Virus record (IMG/VR): IMGVR_UViG_3300021520_000002
Coordinates: 1 to 64,000 of that record
Reading direction: 5' to 3' (one strand)
DNA: 64,000 nucleotides
Shown: piece after piece, positions 17,584 to 25,351 of the stretch
How the letters are laid out: each line of letters opens with the position of its first letter
How positions within the stretch are numbered: the stretch's first letter is position 1
Made by a program: the position numbers and the translations under genes
The notes under the pieces: model-generated
Told to the model about the DNA's origin: nothing
Seen by the model: only the letters and a program-made list of their open reading frames with translations
Database searches by the model: none

Positions 17584-18013
17584 TTTAACTAATTTGTTTG
17601 AAATATCTCCAGAACATGTTGTGACTCCAGATTCAGATATTAATGGAAAATTTCTTGTCCATTTTCATCAAGCTAGAAAAGCTGGGGATCATTTTGATAT
17701 CAGATTAGGAAAAGATGGAGCTTTAGTTTCTTGGGCAACTAAAAAACTTCCAGAATTAATTGATGAAGAATCTAAGAAAATTATGTTGTTCAAACAACCA
17801 GATCATGATGCTGCTTGGTTCAATTTCAAAGGTGAAATTACTGATGGATATGGAGCTGGAAATGTCAATATCTGGGATAAGGGAAAATATAAGGTTTTGA
17901 AATGGGAAAAGAATATTATAACTGTTGATTTTAAAGGAACTAAAATAAAAGGAGTTTATACATTTCTTTTCTATGGTGAAGATAAATGGTTATTATTTAA
18001 ATCTAAGGGGTGA
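17576..18013 (+). CDS. LigD 3'-phosphoesterase (PE) domain protein with MIS leader
   Basis: ATG at 17576 after AAGGAG (MISLTNLFE); FLVHFHQA...HFDIRL...LVSWA...PDH...GYGAGNVNIWDKG...G.Y...WL. Confidence 0.85.
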   Translation: MISLTNLFEISPEHVVTPDSDINGKFLVHFHQARKAGDHFDIRLGKDGALVSWATKKLPELIDEESKKIMLFKQPDHDAAWFNFKGEITDGYGAGNVNIWDKGKYKVLKWEKNIITVDFKGTKIKGVYTFLFYGEDKWLLFKSKG

Positions 18014-18017
18014 TAGT

Positions 18018-18596
18018 ATGAAGAATATGATATTAATTGTGGAAGCATTTACAGAAGCTGAAAAAAGAAGAATTAAACGGGAATTAGATAGAGTAGAAGA
18101 ATTTAAAGCGAGAAATGAAGCAGGAACAAACACAGAAACTCCAAATCAAGCTGGAACTAAATTATATGATGAACATGTTATTAGAACTCATAGAGATGTA
18201 AATAATTCTCTTAACGCACATTTAGCTGCTAATAAATATGCACCAGATAAAGATAAAAGTTTATTTAATAAATTTATGGCTAATTATACTAAAGGTATAG
18301 CTGATATACATGCTGGGCGAGTAGATAGAGCTACTAAAATAATGAATGAAAGATTAAAGAATAATAATTTTAATCGTCCAGTTACTTGGAATGAAAAAAC
18401 AGAAGATATAATCAAAAATAAAGTTATTCCAACTGTAAGAGATAAAGTTATTCCAGCGGCAAAAAATATTGGAAATGCAGCTTTAACTAACGCTCAAAAA
18501 ATTGGAGTGGCTGTAGCAACTCGAGCTAAAACTGCAGCTAGTAATATTAGGAATTATACACAAACAAAATTTCAAAATTTTAAATCTAAACCATAA
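18018..18596 (+). CDS. Basic hypothetical protein with leader-like N-terminus
   Basis: ATG at 18018 after AAGGGG; starts MKNMILIVE. Confidence 0.5.
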   Translation: MKNMILIVEAFTEAEKRRIKRELDRVEEFKARNEAGTNTETPNQAGTKLYDEHVIRTHRDVNNSLNAHLAANKYAPDKDKSLFNKFMANYTKGIADIHAGRVDRATKIMNERLKNNNFNRPVTWNEKTEDIIKNKVIPTVRDKVIPAAKNIGNAALTNAQKIGVAVATRAKTAASNIRNYTQTKFQNFKSKP

Positions 18597-18699
18597 AAAA
18601 TAAACTTCACTTTTTATACAGAAATATTACATTTAAAAATGATCAACTGGAGGTTTTATGCCTTAGCTTTTTTAATTAATTTTTAGGGAGGTAGTCAAA

Positions 18700-19170
18700 G
18701 TGATTATTAAAACACCTAACATTTTTTTCCTTACATGTGGAAATTCAGAGGGATTTTCTTTATTGAATGCTTTTGATGGAGCACTTTTAAATTCAGGTAT
18801 TGGAGATATGAATTTAGTTAGACTAAGTTCAATATTACCACCATATTGTCAAGAAGTAGAAAAAATTAATATTCCTTACGGTTCTCTTGTACCAACAGCA
18901 TATGCTTCAATTACAAGTGATATTCCTGGAGATATTATTTCTTCTGCTGTAGCAGTTGGTGTTTCCGAAGATCCCAATCTTGCTAGTCTTATAATGGAAT
19001 ATTCAGCTCGTGCCGATAAAGAAACCGTTGAAATACAAGTTAGAAAAATGGCAGAAGAGGGAATGAAATTTAGGAATAGAAATATTAAAGAAATAAAATC
19101 AATATCAGCAACTCATAAAGTTATATCTTATGGTGCGACTTTTGCTGCAGTTATTTTGTGGTCAAATTAA
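18700..19170 (+). CDS. pdaD: Pyruvoyl-dependent arginine decarboxylase
   Basis: LNAFDGALLNSGIGDMNLVRLSSILPP (Ser-Ser autocleavage site), GSLVPTAYA, LIMEY. Confidence 0.9.
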   Translation: MIIKTPNIFFLTCGNSEGFSLLNAFDGALLNSGIGDMNLVRLSSILPPYCQEVEKINIPYGSLVPTAYASITSDIPGDIISSAVAVGVSEDPNLASLIMEYSARADKETVEIQVRKMAEEGMKFRNRNIKEIKSISATHKVISYGATFAAVILWSN

Positions 19171-19187
19171 AATGGAGAAAATAAATA

Positions 19188-19745
19188 ATGGAAAGAAAAA
19201 GAAATGATCCTAATGAAATCATTGTTGAAGATGATATTTGTCGAATGAAATTATATAATAATAAATGTGAAGAAGTTGCAGAAACTATTTTTGATCTTAA
19301 ATATAAATCTGAAATTGAAAAATATAAGTGGCATTTACAAAAAGGTTATGTAGCAACTGATTGGTTTGATGAAAATGATAAACATGTACAAATGTGTTTA
19401 CATCAAGCAATCATTCAAATATCTGGACAAGAAGTACCAGAAGGATATGAAATAGATCACAAAGATACAATTAAATTAAATAATTTAGAAGAAAATTTAA
19501 GAGTTTGTACAAGATATCAAAATCAACATAATAGAACAAAACAAAGAAATAACACAAGTGGTTATAAAGGTATTACTTGGCAAGAACAATCTAAAAAATG
19601 GAGAGCTCAAATTCGTGTTAATAATAAAAAGATATTTTTAGGATTATTTGAAAAAGATTTAGATGCAGCACAAGCTTATAATAATGCCGCTCTTCAATAT
19701 CATGGAGAGTTTGCTCAAATAAATCCAATTTCAACAGGAGTATAA
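19188..19745 (+). CDS. HNH endonuclease with C-terminal AP2 DNA-binding domain (homing endonuclease)
   Basis: IDHKD...NNLEENLR...N; SGYKGITW...KWRAQI...LGLF...AAQAYN. Confidence 0.9.
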   Translation: MERKRNDPNEIIVEDDICRMKLYNNKCEEVAETIFDLKYKSEIEKYKWHLQKGYVATDWFDENDKHVQMCLHQAIIQISGQEVPEGYEIDHKDTIKLNNLEENLRVCTRYQNQHNRTKQRNNTSGYKGITWQEQSKKWRAQIRVNNKKIFLGLFEKDLDAAQAYNNAALQYHGEFAQINPISTGV

Positions 19746-19747
19746 TC

Positions 19748-19981
19748 ATGATATCAATTTCTAATTTATTTGAACAGGACGAAACCTGGATACAAGACGC
19801 GAAGCCAAAGAAAGGTTTACTTCATAGAAAATTAGGAGTTCCACAAGATGAAAAGATACCACAGGAGAAGTTACAAAGTATAAAAGATAGATTACACAAT
19901 AAAGCTGAAAAAGGAAAATTATCTCCTTCTGAACTTAAAACTTCAAGAAGAGTTAATTTTGCAATAAACGCACAAGGATAA
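19748..19981 (+). CDS. MIS-leader family small basic protein
   Basis: Starts MISISNLFE; WIQDA...KGLLHRKLGVPQDEKIP. Confidence 0.6.
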   Translation: MISISNLFEQDETWIQDAKPKKGLLHRKLGVPQDEKIPQEKLQSIKDRLHNKAEKGKLSPSELKTSRRVNFAINAQG

Positions 19982-19984
19982 AAA

Positions 19985-20959
19985 ATGAAAGATTTGATTT
20001 GGATTATTGATGCTTATATCAATACCGAAGAAAAAGAACAGATGACAATTGATTTGATTAAAAATTTAAGAACTAGAGATGGTGATATTGCTATAGTTTC
20101 ACATTTGCCGATATCTAAAACAATTCAAGAGATGGTTGATTATACAATTTATGATAAAAATAATTTATTCATTAATTGGGGACATGAAGTATTTTATATG
20201 TTTGATGATTTAAAAATATGTTTTAAAAAAAGAGATATTTATCATGGTCTAGCCATATATATGAATCGGAAAAATGCATGTGATTTATTTGCCGATAGAT
20301 ATAAACTTGGAAATTTTATTGAATATGATTTCAATATAAAATCTTTAACTGAATATATTGAAAAGACTAAAGACTTTCTTTTTAAATATGATGTGATTAG
20401 TAGACCATTTTATAGTGATCCGTCTGGAAAAACATCTGGAATTTTAACTGATCTTTATACTGTTAATTTATCTTGGGCTAATAAAATTTTACCTTATGTA
20501 GATACAGCAGAAGATTATATGAATTTACATTATGGTTATATGATTGAAAATTTACTTTATAATTTATTTTTAAAAGGTCAAGGAGAAATAAAATTTATAG
20601 AAATGGAAAGAATTATTAATAGTTGTTCTTCAGATAATGATAATAATCTTATTGTACTTTTGTGTGATACAATAGAAAGTAATATTATTGCTGCATTTAT
20701 TTTTAACCAATCAAATGAAGTAAAAGAATATTTTATAAACGATCAAAAACACATATTAGGTTCACAACAGTGGCATTGGTCTAGATTATCTCGAGAAAAT
20801 TTAAAAATAATAACAGATAATAAAGAATATATAATTGAACAAGATATAAAGTACAACAATTGTAGATTTATTTTTAGTAAAAGTAATATGATGGTTTGTC
20901 CTTATTGGACAGAAAGTGATAGTATATTTTTTGGATTAACAACTAAAATGGAGGCGTAA
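19985..20959 (+). CDS. Hypothetical protein, possible glycosyltransferase-like; paralog of the central domain of 21461..25276
   Basis: IIDAY...VSHLP...VDYTIYDKNN...YHGL...FIEYD aligns with IVDCY...TTHY...VDYVVYDKRN...YHSL...FIEYD. Confidence 0.55.
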   Translation: MKDLIWIIDAYINTEEKEQMTIDLIKNLRTRDGDIAIVSHLPISKTIQEMVDYTIYDKNNLFINWGHEVFYMFDDLKICFKKRDIYHGLAIYMNRKNACDLFADRYKLGNFIEYDFNIKSLTEYIEKTKDFLFKYDVISRPFYSDPSGKTSGILTDLYTVNLSWANKILPYVDTAEDYMNLHYGYMIENLLYNLFLKGQGEIKFIEMERIINSCSSDNDNNLIVLLCDTIESNIIAAFIFNQSNEVKEYFINDQKHILGSQQWHWSRLSRENLKIITDNKEYIIEQDIKYNNCRFIFSKSNMMVCPYWTESDSIFFGLTTKMEA

Positions 20960-21468
20960 TGGAAAATGTAGTAGAAAAAGAAAAGAAGTCAGTAGATTTT
21001 ATTTCAAGACAACAGAGACGTCAACAAGAAAGAGATCAAGAAAAGTATAATGAAGCAATGAGAAAACAGATGGCAGCAAATGCAACAAAAGGTGATTTGA
21101 TGATGTTGGTCCAATCATTTCAGAAACTGAGAGATAGATTGTTTCAGATGGATATTATTAATTCAGCTTTAGAAAAAATTATAATTAGTAAAGGACTTGC
21201 AACAAGAGATGAAATTAAAGAAGCTGTTGGTCAAGAAGCTAATAGAGCAGTAAAAATGAAAGAAGTATCTGAAGAAAAAGGAAATTATGAAAAGAGACTT
21301 GAAACATGTAAAGAATGGGATATAGTAGCTGATATGACTAATATTCCAATTCAAATTTTACAGGATAATTCTTTGACTGAAGTTCAGAAAAGAGAACTTG
21401 CTGAAAAATATGAATTACAAAGTGTTTTAGATAAATTAGACGGAAAAGAGGAAAATAAAAATGTTTGA
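20959..21468 (+). CDS. Hypothetical helical protein
   Basis: GGAGG RBS; charged, helical. Confidence 0.55.
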   Translation: MENVVEKEKKSVDFISRQQRRQQERDQEKYNEAMRKQMAANATKGDLMMLVQSFQKLRDRLFQMDIINSALEKIIISKGLATRDEIKEAVGQEANRAVKMKEVSEEKGNYEKRLETCKEWDIVADMTNIPIQILQDNSLTEVQKRELAEKYELQSVLDKLDGKEENKNV

Positions 21469-24400
21469 TTTAGTATTAGGAAATAGTAGCTATTTAGGAC
21501 ACACAGGCTACGCTCATCACTCAAGAGAATTTTTTACAAGATTAAGTAGAAGAGTTCCTGTTAGAATCAGAAATTTCGCATATGTTGAAAGTCTTGATTA
21601 TTTAACACAAGAACAAAAAGATTTAGTCATTCATCAGACTTGGAATCAACCACCTTATGAAGTTGGTAAACCATTTGAAAGAAATCCAAAAGATAAAATT
21701 GTGAATATTGTTCTTAATGAAACAAACCATTTTTATTTTTATGATAAGTATGAAGGTCCTAAAATAGCTTATAATGTTTGGGAAAGCACCATACAACCTT
21801 TCGGGTTTTTTAATAAGTTATTAGAATATGATCAATTGTGGGTACCTACAAAATGGCAAAGAGATTGTTCCATTGGACAAGGATTTCCAGCGGCAAGAGT
21901 TAAAATTGTTCCAGAAGGAATAGATGGAACAAAGTTCTGTCCTGGTGATAGTGATATATCTTTAACACAACTTAGAAAAGATGAATTTAATTTTACGTTA
22001 ATTGGTCGTTGGGATAATCGTAAATCAACAACTGAAATTATTAGAGCTTTTTTAAATGAATTTAAAGAAGATGAGCCAGTTAATTTATATCTTCATGTTG
22101 ATAATCCTTGGGGCGAGAAAATAGATGGTTTTAAAACAACTGAAGAACGTATGAAACATTATGGATTTGATCCAGAATATAAAAGATTTGTTCTTATTAG
22201 AGGTCTTGAACGAGTTGAGAATGATGATCTTTATATTAATTATCTTCGTAATGCTAATTGTTTTATAAGTTGTGCCAAAGCTGAAGGATGGAATATTCCT
22301 TTAATTCAAGCAATATGTTGTGGAACACCAACTATATCTTCTAATTATGGAGCACAATTAGATTTTGCCGATCAAGTATCCCATCTTGTAAATATAAAAA
22401 GATATGTAAAACCATATAAAGTTTTTATGCAAGATGATAATACTCCTGGAGTTGTTGCTGAACCAGATTATGAACATCTTCAACAAGTAATGAGAGACGT
22501 TTATAATAATTATAAAGAGTATAAGGAAATTGCATTAAATGATTCTATAACTATTAGAGAAAAATTTGATTGGGAAAAAGCTGTAGATAAAGCAATGCCA
22601 GCTTTGGAAGAACTTTATCAAAGATATTACCCACCAAGAGTAAGACTCAATCTTGGTTCTGGTAATTTTATAAAAGATGGATATATTAATATTGATGAAT
22701 TTGTTGAATCAGAAGATATTAGAAAAATGAGTATGCTCAGTTTAGATTTTGCCGATAATAGTGTTGATGAAGTATATACTTCCCATTCTTTGGAACATTT
22801 TGGTAAAGATGGAGTAAATCAAGTTCTTAAAGAATGTAATCGGGTATTAAAACCAAATGGAATTATTGTAATTGAAGTTCCTAATCTTGAAAGTGTTTTA
22901 CAACATTGGTTGAATACAAAAGAAGAAGATAGATGGGGATTTCCTTTAGATACTATTTTTGGTATGCAAACTACTCCTGGTGAATATCATAAAACAGGAT
23001 TTACAAAACAACGTTTATCTGAAGTGGTTAAACAAGCTGGATTTGAAGTTGATGAAATTAAAGACATAGATAGTCATGCTCAAGAATGTATTTTATTAAC
23101 TGCTCATAAAATTAATATTAGAGAAAACAGTGTAGTTATTGTTGATTGCTATCCAGATAATGAATTGAAACAAAATTTATTAATTAAACAAATTCAATAT
23201 CTTAAACAATTCGGTATGCCAATTTTATTAACTACTCACTATTCAGGATTATCAAAAGAAATTATTGAATTAGTTGATTATGTTGTTTATGATAAAAGAA
23301 ATATTATGAGTGAAGATAGTTTAGGATATTTCTTTGTTCAAGAAAAATTTATTAAAGTTAAAAGTGTAATTTCGAAAAAATACCATTCTTTAACTGTTCA
23401 TATGAATCTTAAGAATGCTTTAACGTTTTGTAGAAACAAATTTAAATATGCACATTTTATAGAATATGATGTTAATGTAGATTTTTCGAGACATTTAGAA
23501 GTTGTTGAAAAGTCTTTATTAGAATCTAAATTTTGTGCATACTCATATGATGAAGAAATGGAAAATCTTAAAAAAGTATCTCAAAATAAAGATATTAGTG
23601 GAATAGTTACTAATCTTTTATCTTTTAATGTTGATTGGTTAGATGATAATTTTATTAATATTGATAATTGGAATTCATATAAACAAATAGCTTATGCATC
23701 ATCGATAAAAAATCATAAATTTGCAGATCTGATTTATGAAAATTGGTTATATGATTATTTTAAAGCAGGAGATTTATTTAAAAATATTAAGCTTTTTGAT
23801 AGAGATTTGAAAAATGAAATAATAAAAGAAAGAAGTGTAGTATCTTCTGAAATGTTTGATAACAAAATTGTTTTTCTCACATCAGAAACAGATCAACACG
23901 AAGTTATTCTATTTGTAATAAATCATTTTTCAGATCATGAAGTTGATTATAAATTTATTTGTAATGATCATACTAGTGAAGGTAAAATACCTACAAACGG
24001 TTTAGCATATTATGTTGCTAATAAAATTGATAAAGTTAGAGTTATAATTGATGGAAGAGTTGAAGATCTATCTTTTGATTTTGCAAAATTATATGCTGAA
24101 ACTAGATTTAAATTTGGTGATGATAGATTTAAATGTTTTGTGTGGACAGATGATGATGATGATGGTTTTACTCCTGGAAGGGAAAAGAAAGTTGCCGATG
24201 TTAGATTCCATTATGTTGATGGGGCTTTTGTTGAATTACTTGGAAAAAGTTCTGATGAAAAATTATTTGAGGTTGAGTTTTCTGATCAAGATGAAAATAA
24301 AAAATTATACTCAACTAGATTATCACCGAACATGTGGTCAAAATCTGACTATAAATACTTTATAAATTGGAAAACCCTTGTAAAATATAAGAATGATGTT

Positions 24401-25276
24401 ATCTTTGAACATTTATATAATGCAAAAGGTAAAAGAGTTCTGATAACGGTTGATAGTAAAGCTATGGGTGATACTGTGGCTTGGGTACCTTATCTTGAAG
24501 AATTTAGAAAGAAACATGAATGTCAACTTATTGTAACAACTTTTTGGAATAAACTTTATAAAGACATGTATCCAGAAATCGAATTTCACGAACCTGGTGA
24601 AGGATTAAGAGATTTATATGCTCAGTATGTTGTTGGTGTTTTTGATGATGATTATAATCGTAATAAGATTCATTGGAGATCTATACCGTTACAAAAAGTA
24701 GCATCAGATTTACTTGGTTTAGAGTATAAAGAAATTAAACCAAGAATTTTAATTAAACCAGAAGAGAAAAGAGAAATTAAACAAAAATATGTTGTATTAT
24801 CTCAGCATAGTACTTTTCAATGTAAGTTTTGGTTATATCCAAATGGTTGGCAACGTATAGTTGATTATTTAAGTGGTTTAGGATATAAAGTTGCAATAGT
24901 TTCTTTACAAAAACCATTAGAAGTTAAAAATGTAATTGATTGTACTGGTAGAGATATATTTGATAGTATTAATATTATTAAAAATGCTGAATTTTTTATA
25001 GGTATTAGTTCTGGTCCAACTTGGTTAGCTTGGGCATTAGATATTCCAACTATTTTAATTTCAGGATATAGTTCTGAATGGGCAGAAATGCAAGAAACAG
25101 ATACAGCTATTAGAGTTATAAATAAAAATGTTTGTAATAGTTGTTGGCAAGATTCAAGTCAACCAATTGATAGAGGAAAATGGGATTGGTGTCCTAGAGA
25201 TAAGAGAATGGAGTGTACAACACAAATAACTCCGAAAATGGTAATTGATGCAATAGAAAAAATTAGAATCAAGTAA
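21461..25276 (+). CDS. Four-domain enzyme: GT4-type glycosyltransferase + SAM methyltransferase + unknown domain + Aah/TibC-like (BAHT) glycosyltransferase
   Basis: GT4: TGYAHH, GRWDNRK, AEGWNIPLIQA. MTase: LNLGSG, SHSLEH, RVLKPNG. BAHT: AMGDTVAWVPY, KFWLYPNGWQ, FIGISSGPTWLAWAL, CNSCW...WCP...ECT. Confidence 0.8.
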   Translation: MFDLVLGNSSYLGHTGYAHHSREFFTRLSRRVPVRIRNFAYVESLDYLTQEQKDLVIHQTWNQPPYEVGKPFERNPKDKIVNIVLNETNHFYFYDKYEGPKIAYNVWESTIQPFGFFNKLLEYDQLWVPTKWQRDCSIGQGFPAARVKIVPEGIDGTKFCPGDSDISLTQLRKDEFNFTLIGRWDNRKSTTEIIRAFLNEFKEDEPVNLYLHVDNPWGEKIDGFKTTEERMKHYGFDPEYKRFVLIRGLERVENDDLYINYLRNANCFISCAKAEGWNIPLIQAICCGTPTISSNYGAQLDFADQVSHLVNIKRYVKPYKVFMQDDNTPGVVAEPDYEHLQQVMRDVYNNYKEYKEIALNDSITIREKFDWEKAVDKAMPALEELYQRYYPPRVRLNLGSGNFIKDGYINIDEFVESEDIRKMSMLSLDFADNSVDEVYTSHSLEHFGKDGVNQVLKECNRVLKPNGIIVIEVPNLESVLQHWLNTKEEDRWGFPLDTIFGMQTTPGEYHKTGFTKQRLSEVVKQAGFEVDEIKDIDSHAQECILLTAHKINIRENSVVIVDCYPDNELKQNLLIKQIQYLKQFGMPILLTTHYSGLSKEIIELVDYVVYDKRNIMSEDSLGYFFVQEKFIKVKSVISKKYHSLTVHMNLKNALTFCRNKFKYAHFIEYDVNVDFSRHLEVVEKSLLESKFCAYSYDEEMENLKKVSQNKDISGIVTNLLSFNVDWLDDNFINIDNWNSYKQIAYASSIKNHKFADLIYENWLYDYFKAGDLFKNIKLFDRDLKNEIIKERSVVSSEMFDNKIVFLTSETDQHEVILFVINHFSDHEVDYKFICNDHTSEGKIPTNGLAYYVANKIDKVRVIIDGRVEDLSFDFAKLYAETRFKFGDDRFKCFVWTDDDDDGFTPGREKKVADVRFHYVDGAFVELLGKSSDEKLFEVEFSDQDENKKLYSTRLSPNMWSKSDYKYFINWKTLVKYKNDVIFEHLYNAKGKRVLITVDSKAMGDTVAWVPYLEEFRKKHECQLIVTTFWNKLYKDMYPEIEFHEPGEGLRDLYAQYVVGVFDDDYNRNKIHWRSIPLQKVASDLLGLEYKEIKPRILIKPEEKREIKQKYVVLSQHSTFQCKFWLYPNGWQRIVDYLSGLGYKVAIVSLQKPLEVKNVIDCTGRDIFDSINIIKNAEFFIGISSGPTWLAWALDIPTILISGYSSEWAEMQETDTAIRVINKNVCNSCWQDSSQPIDRGKWDWCPRDKRMECTTQITPKMVIDAIEKIRIK

Positions 25277-25284
25277 AGTATTTA

Positions 25285-25329
25285 AAAAAGAATCAATATC
25301 TTCTAAATAAGAGGATATTGATTCTTTTT
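25285..25329 (+). terminator. Intrinsic terminator-like hairpin
   Basis: AAAAAGAATCAATATC...GATATTGATTCTTTTT after the glycosyltransferase gene. Confidence 0.7.
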
Positions 25330-25351
25330 AATTTTAAAGAGAGGTTAAATT

